A stretch of 64,000 nucleotides of DNA, taken from the NCBI GenBank assembly GCA_030704615.1, contig CM060732.1, forward strand, positions 25,978,001 through 26,042,000, in the 5' to 3' direction. Of this stretch, positions 27,290-41,310 are shown piece after piece. Under the pieces are notes generated by a model, which ran no database searches, was not told the origin of the DNA, and saw only the letters and a list, made by a program, of their open reading frames with translations. Both the position numbers and the translations under genes were made by a program. Positions within the stretch are counted from its first letter, which is position 1. Each line of letters begins with the position of its first letter. The stretch is from Takakia lepidozioides. Lineage: Eukaryota > Plantae > Bryophyta.

Positions 27290-28330
27290 CCATGTGGCAC
27301 TGTCACAGTGGACATTCAGATCCCAGTCCCCCGACATGACCCAAATCTGCCACCTAAACCACACAATTTCCATGAGAAAAAGCCCATCTTGCCAGAGGTC
27401 ATCAATGCTTTCAAAGGCAAATGGTCAGTTTTCAACAATGCAAAAACAACCATGCAAGTATTGCCTAAAATATTCGACTCCAAAAATGTCCTCTTAGCTC
27501 AGGAGGAGTCATCAATGCTTTCAAAGGCAAATGGTCAGTTTTCAACAATGAAAAACAACCATGCAAGTATTGCCTAAAATATTTGACTCCAAAAATGACA
27601 ATGAGACCTTCTTTGTCAATTATTGAGTAATTCTGCTCATGTTTGTTCAAGCTCTGAGAAGCATAGGCTACAACGTGTTCTTTGCTATCCTGGACTTGAC
27701 TGAGAAGTACAGCTGAAATGGCCAGGTCACTTGCATCAGTTTGCAATATGAAAGGTTGAGAGAAATCTAGAAAGATTAGCACCGACGCACTAGTTAGGGC
27801 AATTTTGAGTTTTTCAAAGAAAGAACTCTCAGCAGTACCCCAAACAAAATGGACATCTAGTTTACATGTGCAGCAAGCATGTGGGAAGAGTACCTAGTTG
27901 AACCGTCGATAGTAACCGCAAGAAGGCCTTAACATAGTGTTTGTCTCGCGGAATAGGATATTCCCAAAGAGCATATTTTTGTGCCTTGACATTCAACCCA
28001 GCTAAGCGAAGCCTACAAATCTTGAAATCACCCTTTTGGGATCCAACATGTGAGTTTCAAACATAGTTAAATAGACATTGATAGCATAAATATAGACCCA
28101 TGCACACTCCCACCTAAGGTTCTCAGAACCTGCACATCAATCAACCTCTGAAAGGTGGATGTGGCATTACACAGACCAAACGACATGGTCTCAATTTGAT
28201 ACATGCCCATTCGGCCGGCAAATGAAGGCGGTCTTTTCTTTGGCTAAATTATTCAGTTAATGGCACTTGCCAGAAACCTTAGCAAGATCAAGGGAAGAGA
28301 AAATTGTTTTATTCTTGCGTTTTTGGCCGT
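27290..28330 (-). mobile_element. Ty3/gypsy pol fragment (RT + RNase H), degenerate
   Basis: FSSLDLAK and KEKTAF (RT); FILQTDASDLAISAVL...VVAYASQSL...NYSIIDKEGL..FGVKYFRQYLHG..TDHLPL (RNase H); ~90 bp tandem duplication 27398-27490 / 27508-27597. Confidence 0.88.
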
Positions 28331-28612
28331 GATAACGTGTTCTCTCCTATTTTGTGTCCCCTTTTGTACAGTTTGTCTGGCAACATCTCACTACACATAG
28401 TACATTAGATCAGCAGGCCAGTCTTAGTTGTTCCTTTCAAATGTTTGAGAAGACTTAAGAGTATCGAAGTTTTATAAAAGTTACATAATAAGTAGAAATG
28501 TGGAATACCTTAGGATGAACATTTGGATGAACCTTGGATGAAAAACTAGGATGAAACTATGGATTTATCTACCCCCCCCCCGGGCCCTCGCTCCTTCGTT
28601 CTTATAAGACCT

Positions 28613-29084
28613 TTATATATGAAGCGAGGCGGTTTGTTTGTTTGTTTGTTTTGTTTTGTTTTGTAGCGTCGTTGAGATCTCCCAAACTGCGGGCCCAATG
28701 CTAGTGCTTGGTCCGTCGAAAAGCCCTCGATGAGGATGGGTGCACCGGCTTGGTCTCATGATTTGGGACATGGGGTGTGGGAGATGTGGAATTTCAAGTA
28801 CTTTTGGTCGCCAGAAATTCGTGAAAATAAGCAAAGTGGGCTTTCCTGCCACAATGATTGGCCCGAGACTTATGGAATTATGAACAATTTTGGTCGTTGA
28901 AAATTCAACTAAATTACAAAATCAAGTGTTGGAATGACATTGGAGGTTGCACTTGGGCTTAGATAGAGGCCACGATTTTGGTACCGTTAGAAAGCCCTTG
29001 ATGAGTATGGGTGCACCGACTTGATTTCACAGGCCGGGAATTATAAAAATATGAATAATTTTGGTTGCTGAAAATTCAGCTAAA
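28613..29084 (+). mobile_element. 5' fragment of the Helitron-like repeat family plus degenerate subrepeats
   Basis: Matches 21570-21810 (TATATGAAGCGAG...AGCAAAGTGGGCTTTCC...ATGATTGGCCC). Confidence 0.75.
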
Positions 29085-29247
29085 CTACGGTAGCCTGTGC
29101 CGTTGGCCCAAGTGTCAACTGTCATCTAAGCCCAAGTGAAATCTCCTATGTATGCAAGTGCGTCTCCTATGTCAAGGCCCAAGTGCGACCTCTAGGGTAG
29201 CTTCTGTCGTTGGCCCAAGGGTCCAATGTCATCTAAGTCCAAATGCA
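29085..29247 (-). mobile_element. 3' half of a minus-strand Helitron-like copy
   Basis: Reverse complement matches 22115-22270 and ends GGCACAGGCTACCGTAG|T. Confidence 0.75.
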
Positions 29248-29712
29248 TTTTTTTTTCCACAAAGCCTACGACTAGATTTGAACCGGAGACCTTTCCCTTG
29301 ATATCTCTAAGCCTCCTCCCAAACGGCTCGCAATCAAGGCATGTGTCCGAAGACGCCTCCGGTTACCATAGCCACTTGCAACGGTCTCCGCACCAGAGGA
29401 AACAGAGATACTTTGAGGAAGGCGAAACCGGCTGATATTGTCATCTGAAATGTTACTGCCAACTCTACTTGATGCCCTAGAAGCCTCCCGGCACGCCCGC
29501 CATTTTTCCCAATCACGCAGCTCTTGTTCCTCTTTTAGAATTCGTTCCTTGAATGTAACTGGGGACACGCGGTTGAAATGACAAATGTTAGGCCCAAAGT
29601 TGAAGTTTTGCATAATGAGGATTTGTTGAGATAAGAGTGCAAATGCAAATGCAAAAAAATTGGAAAATCAAATTTTGAACAAACAACATAACAGTGGGAT
29701 CCACGTGCCTAC

Positions 29713-30427
29713 CAAGGTAATCAGGTTCCTTTTGTTGTGGGATCCAAACACGAGGATCAAGATATCTTCCATACCAAGCCCAGCAGGCATGGTCTCGACT
29801 AATAGGCTTATGATAACACTTTGCCCGGTTCTCGCTAATGTAATGAACGACTGTTGAAGCTCCAGCCATTTCCGATATATATGGCCACACTGCCTTTGTC
29901 ATATCATCCCAGTCGCGCAAGCCGTTTGGTAATGGCTTGAATGAGAAAGGGAAGAATCCAGTATTTTGTGGGTTTCGCAGGCCCTTTGATGGCTCATCAT
30001 CTACAAGAAGTATTTGCCCCTGCGTAGCAAACGGTCTACCAGGGTACTTGGCAAGAACACTGCAAATATCCTTCACGAGATATTTCATCCCGGGCTTGAT
30101 ATAACCGGTGGTATCCTTGCAATCCTCAACAGACCATATGAAGCAAAACTTCTTCGCTATTTTCGTGGGGACGAAGCTCTCTAACATCCTACAAAGAACA
30201 CCACAATCAACGCATGACCAAATGGCCACGTGAAAATGCTTCAATGCAAGGTCCAGAAACTCCATGACTCCAGGCCGAGGCACCACAAACGGTCTGTCAG
30301 GAACTCGAAGTGTCACATTCCTGAAACGAAATTTCTCCTTAAACAGTTCACCGCCGGTTGGGGGTGGCCGGTAGCAGAGGAGTCCGTTGATACTCAAAAT
30401 TAACAACATCCGTTTCCTCTTCCCCAC
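29713..30427 (-). CDS. FCP1/SCP-like HAD (NIF) domain exon, catalytic Asp missing; probably part of a multi-exon gene spanning ~29270-31690
   Basis: LLILSINGLL (motif I, D replaced), RPGVMEFLD..LKHFHVAIWS, KDI, ILLVDDEPSKGLRNPQN; splice acceptor at ~30427. Confidence 0.8.
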
Positions 30428-32082
30428 TGTTGCATATAAAGGATGAGAGACAAAGTTATCATGAGCAAGTTAATCACACACTGACATTAGTGTTTTTGCC
30501 ATGAAAATACCCATGACCCAGAATGATTGAGTGTATGGAAGATCAACACGATTGTGCAAAAAGTGGCAAAATCTTGTACGTGTTGTGGGCTTGGAATGTT
30601 TCGAGAAGAGGGTTGTATGGAGGGAAATTGATGAAGGTATCGTGTTGCATCCCCGCCTATTGAGAAAAGATGGAGTCAATTAGTGCAGAACCAAACGAAC
30701 ACAAAAGAGAAGAAAATGGAGAAATGATATCGAATAATACCGATGTCGCCTTATTGGAAAGTCTCGCTGGCGTACTTGGGTTCCCAACGGACGTGTTTTG
30801 ACGAGACCCCGATATGTCCAAGGTAATCATTTTCTTCCGCGAGTCTGCTTTGTCTCGGAAGACAGACTTATCTCCGGTGGAACCGATTTGTAAAAGAGAT
30901 GGAAATGGTTTGGGGGCTCTATTCCGCTTCCTTGGTGTGCAGAACATTGCGCCAACACTTCAGGGTCGGAAAGCCGAGAAGTTGCAATTGTTTCGTCCTT
31001 GTCCTCGTCCAAAGGGTTGCGGAGAAGGGGAACGGAATGGAAATTGTCCCTTGAGCACTCCACATCCTGAATGGAATTCACACGTAATGAAGGGATTACC
31101 TCGGAATAGAATTCCAATGAGGACGTCGTTTGACAAGAAGGTCATAATCCGCAGATTTTCTGGCCTGGAGTAAAACAAGAACATCAGACCCAGTACTAAG
31201 GAAAACAAAAAGACGAATAAGAATTCAGATATAAGTAATTTTACATGACTTCTTCTGATTTGGGCTGTCCAACCCTCGTGCTGGGGAGAGAATGAGGGAA
31301 GAGAGGCAACAGTATGCTGCAGAGCCGCAGCCTTAGCCGCATCCTCAATGGCTGACATTCTCGAGGTAGATTTCAGACCCTTGACACTTAACAGGGAGGG
31401 TGAGGATTGTAGAGTGAGGTCCACGAAATCCCCTACACATTTGTCAGGTTGGCTTCCACTTTCGACATTCAATCCTAAACAATCACGTGACGGAACATCT
31501 TTTTCAAGAATGGACTGAAGAAGAGGGTCGTGCAATTGAACAGAAGCCAAGTGCCTGGATGATGCTTCATCGTCGATGACAGAAATCTGAACAGTAGTGT
31601 AAATGTTGTCCCTCTGTCGACGAATTTCTGATATGGAGGATTCCAATGGAGGTCCCGACGAGAAATTTACATCGGCAGCATCTCCATGAACCTGCCTGAA
31701 CGAACTTACATGGTCAATGTACAGGCAAAGGATAACCTCACAGTGGAGGTTGTCGGATTTGAAAAAGTCCCCGCGACGAGATTTCGAGAAGGCCCGTATC
31801 CCATAGGATCGGGGTGGTATAGGGTGGAGAAACGCAAGGATGAGACAAGGAGATAGCAAACAATTCCATGTCAATTCACATTGAAACGGAAAGCACAATA
31901 GTCAACAGTCCTTATAGAAATACAATACAACCTAGAGAAAAACCAACCAAAAATTGAAATTGCATCATAGACATGGTTGATCAATGAAATCTTTATTTTG
32001 AAGCATCATATCGGAGATTTCGGTAATTAGAATCATCAATATAATCCATGAGAGGCTTAAACTTAGGATCGGTGGAAACATT

Positions 32083-32725
32083 CTAATAAGGCTTAAGTCG
32101 TATCCTCTTTTCCCTGAGATAACTGGAAACGGTGTGAGATTTCTTTATTTCAAACAAATATTTCAGGAGAATCTTCTGGAGATAGCAAAAGTCCGTGTCC
32201 ACGGATTCAAACGATTTTAGAATCAGACAGGATTCAGGTGGGTTCAACACACACTTAATAGCAGAATCATCAATGAGTAGAGTGTTACTCATATTATACT
32301 GACCACCAAATCTTTGCCAGACCGTCATCAATGGCTTCAAGAACAGACTCAGTGGATCGTATCCTGATATAAATAGAGGGTGGACAGAAGTAAGACAAGA
32401 GATACAATCTTCTTGAGACATAACAAATGTCGGCTGAGGAAGACCCCGAAGCATAAAATCCAGGACAGGCTGCAAGTTTTTGTATATCATGCAGCTCCAT
32501 ATTCCTAGACAGAAATGTTTGTTCAACTCTGTCCACATCTCACGATATTTTTCCCGCCTATAGACAAGTCAAAATCCAACAAGAGCTGGTATCCTGTAGT
32601 CTGTCTCGGACATCCGGGGGACATTGTAGCTCTTCTGCTGCTTCAAGACTTTGCACAAAACTTCATTCAGGTCAAAAATTATCAAGCGCAATCCTTTCGC
32701 AAGTGGAGAAACTGGTGCTGCAATC
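32083..32725 (-). pseudogene. Second FCP1/SCP-like HAD domain, frameshifted
   Basis: LIIFDLNEVLC, HFCLGIWSC, MSQEDC, FLKPL, NTLLIDDSAIKCVLNP. Confidence 0.8.
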
Positions 32726-32960
32726 TGTGAGAAATTCATACATCCACTTAGGTGGTAATCAAGATAAACCATGGACAGGATTGACATTGGGAGCAATGTC
32801 CACTGGACAGTCGAGGTTCAGGAAAATCTTGAGTAGTCATCTACGTTTCAATCTGTTCCAAGGAAGTGTCAGGAAATTTTTGTTTTCTAAGATAAACCAT
32901 GTCACTGCAAATCCCATAGCAAGAGGCATTTGACCTTTGGGTCATTATACGGTCGACATC

Positions 32961-33642
32961 CTATGGGTTTTTCCACGTTGAATATATCAGCGTCTTTTCC
33001 GGATAACCGCAACTCTTCAAGGTGCGGTTTGAGTTCATCCAGAAGAAACCTGTCCTTGTATGGGTTGACGAGCGCTTATATTTTGGAAGGAAGATACCGA
33101 TCGACTTTGGGTTCAAGTAGGACTTATACATATTTTCTACAGTGTCAATGAGAAGTGTGTTTGATCTATACGCTACAGTGTCGTCTACAGTGATAATGTC
33201 GTAAAGACGTTTAAGATATATTGGCGCTTTCGGATATTTGGACCATTCGTCACTGAAAGTCTGTCTATGCTTCACGCAGTCCTCATTGCTGAATTCCCTG
33301 ACCTTGTAAAACCTTCTTCCAAACAAAGCCAGCCCTATATCCAGGACATTTTTCTAACGGTCCAGTGTTTCAAAAGTAGACCTTAAAATGCTTAAGGATC
33401 CATTTCAGGAAGTCGTCCAACCCATTTCAGACTGCAAGCTTGAATTTTCCAGCGCACACACAACGATGGATTGCGGGAGGGGATCTCGGACCATCTCGGA
33501 GGTAAACCTCAGCAAGGTAACCGACGTCAAGAACCAGGACGTAGTATCTTGGTCGACATCCATTCGGTCCCTCAGAGAGACGATACCAATCTTGTGGGTT
33601 CACAGATTGGTGATAGTCGATTGGAGGGTGAATCATATCATC
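32961..33642 (-). pseudogene. Third, most divergent FCP1/SCP-like HAD domain, disrupted
   Basis: VLVLDVGYLAE, FSNEDC, IYLKRL, SNTLLIDT..KSYLNP. Confidence 0.62.
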
Positions 33643-34199
33643 CTGTGGAATAACAGAACAATTAATTCATTTTGAAAACTAGAAGAAGGACAAAAAATAA
33701 CATTTCTAAGATGGTTATGAAGTGTATACCCGTTTCAGGAAGGGATTCCGAATTTGCTGTTGTGGCTGCTCGATCTCTTTTCTTTCGCGATGAGCAACAA
33801 CCATCTCCAACTCATTTCCTCCATCTCGCAAAGTTGACTGGGTAGTGGAGGTTGCTAGTATGACCGGATCATATTGTTAAGTCCACCTGCCTCCTCACTG
33901 TTTGAGTCGCTGTGTATTTTCCTCCAATTTCCATTCATGGATCTATATGAGTTTTCGTAACCATCAGTCACATGAAGAGTTGGAGGAGGTGGGAATATGA
34001 CGCCAAACAAAAATCAAAATACAGATAAGCTATTGACAAAACACAACCAGAACACAACCAGATGCAATACACACAATTTGTTCCATTTAAAATACTTAAG
34101 ACACCACAAATCTCCAGGTGTCATTCGTTCCCTACATCCACATTGACATGCTGGGAGACACTGTGAGAGTCAGTTGGGCTCTGAGGCCTGCCTATGCCT

Positions 34200-37100
34200 C
34201 CCTTGTCTTTTCCGGGAGACGGGCTTTTAGTCCTGGCTCTGTTTCCACTGTCTTTTGCAGGGAGACGGGCTCTTAGTCTTCGCTCTGTGTCTGCTGTCTT
34301 TTGTGGGACAAGGGCTCTTTGTTCTCGCTCTCTCTACCCTGTCTTTGGCGGGAGACGAGGACATTGGCGCCGGCTTGTCCCCTTCTACAGGTTTGAACCA
34401 GTCTTCTATACTCCGAACTAGATTGCCGCCCACCTCGATTGAGCTGGCCCCGCCACCCCTTGAGGGTGAAGGAGGATTACTCGTTGTTCTCTTGCTTGAA
34501 CTCGACGAATCCCCGTCCAGAATCACGACCTTGTGGACCGCAACATCTAGCGTGGTGTTCTCAAGTCCATCCAGTGACTGAGCAAGGGTCTGCATTGTCT
34601 CCATCGTGGCCCTCGTTGTCCTCGTTACCCTCGATGCCCTCGTCCTCCTCCCTGTGTTCGGATGTCCTCCTCCTTCTTCCAAATCTTCATCCTCCACTTC
34701 CTCATCTTCATCATCGTCTCTGCCGTCAACCTCTTCAGCAACATTGTCATTCTCAATTTGAAGCTTCTTAAAATTTGCTTCAACTTATCCTTCGCAAAAA
34801 AAAATTTGGTTGAGTGGTTGATGTCAAGCACTCGAATGTTTCTTGCCTGCAGATAAAGCCAATCAGTAAAACAGAGAACGTGTTCGAACAAAAATATAAA
34901 AAACATATTTAAAATGCAAACAGCTTTTACACTTACATGGAGGGCGTACGTCAACATCACGCCTCCGAAGATGTTGACAGCGGACATCCCGTCTCGACAG
35001 AACAGGGAGGCCAAATAGTTGTATGTGTCACCTCGTAGCTCATGATTATAAGTCCTGCAGTCTTCTTCAAAAGTTGATGGCTTCCCAGAAGGCCCTTCAA
35101 GAATTAGCTGAATTGGCTCGATTAAGAGCACTGTCGCGATGTGCTCTTGTATGTTCTGCATCTCCTCAGGTGTCGCTGGAAAAACGTAATTCAGGCACAT
35201 GACAGTTCGAGAGAAAGTCTTCGTGCTATTTTTGTAAACATTTTCATATTCCCCGGAACATAAAATCCCTGCCGGACAAGATACAATGTTCTTTCGGGAC
35301 CATTTTGGATGTAGGAGACCAGATTGGCCGAGGACGGTCGAGAAGAAAACAAAAGCACTCGTGTTCATTTTTCGAGCCACAAAAGCTTCAAGTATGTTCA
35401 CATAGTCCTTGGCCTCAAATACCACAGATTCATCTTCAGAAATTGTATTGACGAACACCATCGCTATGTTGTCAAACCATTTCTTCGGTGTGAGTCGCAG
35501 ACGGGACTTGGCATCGGCGAATTTTGGTTCCCCCCCCATGAGAGCGTAATGAGTCTTGAAACTCCCTGAAATAATTGCCATGGCATCCTCCCTATCCTCA
35601 TATACTTTCTTGATGGAGGAGACGTACTTAACAAAAGCGGCCGTGAGTGGTTTTGTCTCCATGTTCATCTTAATCTTGCTTTGAATGTAATCCGTCCCCA
35701 GTTTGTCTTTAAATGTGGAGAACTCTGCCTTATTGAAGTGGTACTTTTTCTTCATTTCATGCCATTCGTCCGTGGTGTATGGTTCCGTGCACTATTTGCT
35801 CCTTCGAGGCCACCCAACACTTCCATAACATCGTTGACAATAAATCGGCGCATTTTCATGTCGTCTATGTACTTGTTCATGCCTTGAATTGATTTGTTTT
35901 ATCCTTTGTAATCTCGAATGGTCAATTTCAAGTCCAGGATTTTTTGGCAACTTTTATCAGCTGCCATCTGTTCAATCCTTGCAGCTTTGCGATAGCAGAT
36001 TTCGTGAGCTGTTGTTGTTCACCCTTGTACTATATCCCAAGCGGGTCGAGAAGCTTTCCCTGCTCCCAGCGTTTGAACACATCTTCCCAGATCTTCCAAA
36101 CGTCGTCGTCGTAAAGTACCAAAACCATTGCCTCCTTAATGCTATCCATTTCAAGTATCAAATGATAGGCAAACATGAACTCCTGCACAGGATTCCACGG
36201 AAAAATTAGGTGTCACTCCGACAACAGAAGTTTACTTTAGCATAAAATGAATCTGAATAATAGATTTTCATTCCATAAATGCATACCTTCCATTGTTTCG
36301 TCTCGGACTTGGTGGTATGATCGTTGTATTTCTTTGGCTTCCCCCTCAGGTTGAATAACATTCGCGCATACGCAACTTTCTCCGGCATTGTTGTATCAAA
36401 CTTTTGCGCCTTATTGGGATCGTTGAGGAGCCTTGACAGCTTCAGTAGCCTTTGTTCATCGGTAGACCATACAATCTTCGCAGGCCACTCCCGGTAGTAT
36501 TCCTTCAGTTCGATGTCAACAAGATCCTCGAGAAGTTCCTGCTACAGTTAAGGTAAAATGGGTGAGAGAGGTGAAAAGGTAGGACATATCCAATTTTGCG
36601 GGAACACCAACCTCCACTGCCCAGTGGAGGTTCCTTAAGAGAGAGGGCTGGGTCGAAATGAAGTCCATTACCTTTGTTGCCACGATGGTGTGTTGTCCTC
36701 CAATGACGAAGAACCTGGATATGTCCATTTCCTTCCATTGCTTCGCCCGCGATGAAGCAATCTTCTCAGGATTGGAAGGGTTGATTGGCGCGAGATACAC
36801 CGGATGTTTGGAGTCAAACAAATGAAGCTGGAAGAATCGCGCTTTCACTTCGTCCTTATGCTTGATATTTAACGGCTTGTAAACCATGCTCCTTGGAGCT
36901 AGTTCCATCATGGAAACCTTCACAAGAAAGGTACTCTCGAATCCGAAAGGAAATACATCGTTGTATTCCTTCGTGAGCCTCTCCTCCATCTTCTCGCACT
37001 TTTCCTTGTCAAAAATCTCCCCACCTTTGGGTCTCTTGTTATTTGTCATCAATGTTGGATCCTGATCCTCCTTCTGTTTCTTCTTTCCTGCGGAAGTCCC

Positions 37101-37679
37101 GGCCTCATTGTCATCATTCCCGGCAGTCGACGACTTGCGTTTTCCCTTCTTCGGCTTCGATGCTTCCTCCAGTGCTCGCTTCTTGCGAATGTCGTTCCCC
37201 ATTGCATGTAGAAGATCCAGAAAAATACTCCAGGCCCTCGACAAACCTACGTTGGTAAATACTGAGCCCTCGTCGGGAAATCTAAAACCCAGTCCAATGC
37301 ATTCACGCATCAACGACTTGTTCAGACGACCTACCTCCACTTTGAAACCAAACGTCCTGGGGATTCTCGCATCCTCATACAGGAATAAAACCAACATCGG
37401 GTTTTCCTCTTCAGATTCAAACTCTATATCGAGAGCTTCTGTGTATTTTAAGTCTGTTATTACTCCAAGACTTCTGTAATGAAAAGCCAGCTTGTGATCA
37501 GGAGGTATACCCACAGGGACGATGCCCCAATCTGTCATCTCTGGGTTCAGCTCAAAAATTGCGGTATGGTCAATTTTGAAATTTGAGGACTTCCGGCATA
37601 TGAATGCGCCACAAATATCTCCAATCAATCCCGGGACGCAATCTAGTGGTGTAGGATGTCTTCTGTTACAACCAAACAC
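34200..37679 (-). pseudogene. Multi-exon gene: ParB/Srx-like domain, helical region, degenerate amino-methyltransferase-like C-terminus and acidic tail
   Basis: KPLNIKHKDEVK...FFVIGGQHTIVATK (ParB-like); intron 36539-36671 then ELLE...WPAKIVW...LSRLLND; intron 36183-36286; ORF 34625-35755 has LASLFCRDGMSAVNIFGG...RNIRVLDIN resembling the SAM-binding motif region; internal stop and frameshifts. Confidence 0.6.
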
Positions 37680-37889
37680 AAATTCGTTAGATAATCAAAT
37701 AACAAGATCTCTCTTACTAGCATCCATCAGTCTATATATAAGAACCTCCACTGGACAATGGAGGTTCGTATGTATGAGGCTTTCTACATGAAAAGAGAAA
37801 TCTTCCCTATTATACAGATGTTGTAGAAAGAAACTTTAATGAAAATGAGGCTCAGGAGCCATTGAATACATCATCCTGAAACAGGACAA

Positions 37890-38650
37890 ATCTACAAATG
37901 AAATCTTTGAACCAAATTCCTACAAAAAATACTCAGGGAGTTCTCGCGCAGACTTCGTCTACTATATTCAAACGAGTCTAGGTTATATATCCAACAACTA
38001 CAAAATGCTCCTTCTGATCTCCCTGAGTGTATCAGACGAATAGTCTGGAGAGGTATATTTTGGGGATCCGGTGACACTATCAGGAGATGCAGGGAAGTAT
38101 CCTGGAGATCCGGAGACGTCCTGGAGTTCCAGGACTTCCTGTCTCGTTGCAGTGTCCAGGGAAAAGTTTGGACGGTAATATCCTGCAGATCATGTGGTGG
38201 ATACATGAGATGCTGGCGAGTAACCCGAAGATGCGGGAAATCAAAAACGGTCTCTCGTATCGCCGCCAATGTGTCCGGGGAATAGTCTGGAGGGGTGTAT
38301 GTCGGATAATCTTGGGAGTAGGCAGGAGATCCGTAGACATCAGTGTTTTCATGAACGTTATCTCTTATTTCCGCCAGGGTATCTGTGGAGTAGTCTTGAG
38401 GTCTATTGTTGGGAGATTCGGCTGCATTTCACGGGGATTGTACAGTCACATTTTCGTCAATCCCAGACACTTTGTTCGGCTCGGTAGACCCCAACTGGAT
38501 TTTTCATCTGCTTTCAAAACATCATGTTCTTGATCTGGATGGTCCGCTTCCATCACGTCTACCGAACATCGTCTCTTGCTGCACTTTAAGCTGACGGTCT
38601 TGTACTCATCGTCAGACACCGGTTCCCCACCCACGCTCCTCTTTCTCATA
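37890..38650 (-). other. Low-complexity repetitive ORF/exon of unknown function
   Basis: Repeated peptides (TPLQTIP, ITVQTFP, IPLQTIR); acceptor TTCTGTCAG at ~38652. Confidence 0.35.
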
Positions 38651-41295
38651 CTGACAGAAAAAATAATCACAGTGTGTAACTGGTTGACCCAAAGAAATAT
38701 CGAACCTCCACTAGGTAGTGGAGGTTCCCAATTATCGTATTACAGTCTCGTTGGAAAGTATGTGTCACACTTACAATGTTACACATATGATTCCATCACT
38801 CATTCCCACATCGTCTCACACTGATTTTCATTTTTCCCGGAATTATCTGATTTCGTCCTTACCTTAAAAAAATGTCTTTCAGATTCCTCATGCAGAATTC
38901 ACGCGAACCTCCACTGGGCAGTGGAGGTTCCAGTTTTATGTTCCTCATGTATGACATGGGTCTATGAATAGTCTACTCAGGCCTGCACGAAGCCTACTGT
39001 TAGCCTATGTCTAGTGTAGAATACAAGTAAACTAGGCTATCGTGGTTTTTCATAATTGCCAAATTCGACAAAATTGGATAAGAAATGAAAATTTTCATTC
39101 AGAATCGAATTTGAATGGGAAGAAATGTATCAACTATTGATTGACAAGAACAAACTAACGCTGGATTTGGGGACAAGAAAATGGTTGAGAAATAAACATC
39201 CGGACATTCCGAAACCACTGTCCTCAAAAAACCACCACATTGAACAAAACAAGCAATACAACCAGCATGGTAATCTCCCGCCACACTAAACCATTACCCT
39301 AATCGACTAGAACAAGCACACACAAACCCTATTGCGCACAAAACCACCACACAAAACCGCCTTGCAAACCATCGGTGAATTGAAAAACAATAGTGAAGCA
39401 ATGAAGCAAGAGTGCACTGAAGCACAGAATGGAGCAAGAGTGAAATGAATTGACAGAGAATGAAGCAAGAATGAAGCAATCAACGAAGCAGACAATGAAA
39501 CAGAAACCTACTGTGCACTGAAACACCGACTGAAGCACTGAAGCAGAGATGAGAATGCACTGAAGACAATGCAGTGCAGCATAGAATGAAGCAGGATCCA
39601 AACAAATTGAATCGAGAACAGGCCACATGAATCGAGTGTGGGCCAACACAAAATTGAGAACAGGCCAACACAAAACATGAATCAGAAGACGAAAAGAGGG
39701 AGTTTTCAATGTTGTACCTGCTTGTGCCGGCCATTTTGGTGTCCCTGCAACCACAGTCCTTCGTTTGATACTCTCTTCCGCACCTCCGCCTGCCGGTAAT
39801 TGCACTATGCTCTCGCCCCTGCACTCGTCAATCTCCACTCGCCACTGTCCTGTCTCTCCTCCCCGCTCTTCAAATTTTGCCTATTCACCTTTCACCTTCT
39901 TCTCTCTTTGCACTCGGCCAAATCTGCTCTCTTTCTCTCCACGCTCCAGTGTCCAGTCGCTGCAAAACGCGCTCGAAAACTCTTCTCTTTCACGCTCTCC
40001 TCTCTCAACTGTCAAGCTCTCACTTGCACAACGCTTACGCGTAGAAAATGGGAAGCCCACAGGCCGGGCTCAAAGAGCGCACCCCTTATAAACAACCTTC
40101 AGGGATGATTTGAACCATCGCCTTCGTCCGAAATCGAACGGTCGCGCGGCCCAAATGGATGTTCTGCCCCATCCACGCAAACTAACATTAATATTGTCCA
40201 TCCACATAGATGAAATTAGTTCAAAATTTGTTCCAAATTGACAGACAAATGCACACACGTTTGGACAGATGACTGGATAGACGAATGAAAAAAAGACAAA
40301 ATGATTGTAATGACGCCATTGGTCAGACTCTGCAACCCTCACGCTTACAAAAATCTTAAAATAGATTCGAAGCCGCCAAACCTTAACCCACGCCCCAAAT
40401 GCACATGTGACCACCCACGTGGCACACCTAGGCAGTTGTTTCGAACGCAATCTGCCAGAGGACACAGCGCTGTACCTACGGATTTGTCACGTATATTCAT
40501 TGTGTCATTATGAGCCATCCACAATCACTTTCGGTTGTTAGCCGCCAGGCGTCAATATTCCCTGACAACACCCGCAAGTGCCATGTGACATACGGTTTTA
40601 AGGATAGTTGATGGCCCCTTGTGTCGGGCATTCCTCGATTTAAGGTCTAGAACCAGAGGGACTGCCCATTTATCGAGGGATACCCGACACGAGGGGTACT
40701 CCATCCCGACATTAAACATGTGCAAGCAAGCAAGGCACGGCAGAGCATTCCGCACACCTGTAATGCACCACCCTCGCTGTCCAATGCAATGCGCCGGCGT
40801 GTAATGCCCCGCCCTGCCCAAATGTTTTATTCACTGTAACAACACGATAAATATAAATAGAAAAATCTCAAAGTGCATTTTGGTTCACCTCCGGATTCCT
40901 CCCAGCTTATAATGATCGATTGATAATGTGCAGTCCAGAATTAGTTGTGGCGATTAGCCGCATGACTTCATTTCTCTCGGCCACTTGTCAGAATCGGCAT
41001 CCTTCATGCTTATTCCAGAGTCTGCTGTCAGAGCCGCACGATAATGATGCCAGACATGTAGTCCTACTAACGTACAAGTACGATAGAATTCAGTCTGATC
41101 GCGGCCATTATCGTTGTTCCATAATTAATGTGACAATGGCTGTTGTCAATAAATGAAAAATTGTGCACATTTTCAATGAAGCCGTGATTTCGTGAGTTGA
41201 AATAAGCCGTTCGATTTCGCCTTAATCCACGGTGGCCACAATCGATCCGGGATAGAAAGCATACCACCCTGCCATTGGAGCGATTCAAGAAGTAA

Positions 41296-41310
41296 CTCTA
41301 TATAACGTCC
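41296..41310 (+). promoter_or_regulatory. Candidate TATA box for the Sola-like transposase
   Basis: CTATATAA followed by a CT-rich leader upstream of the ORF at 42074. Confidence 0.35.
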
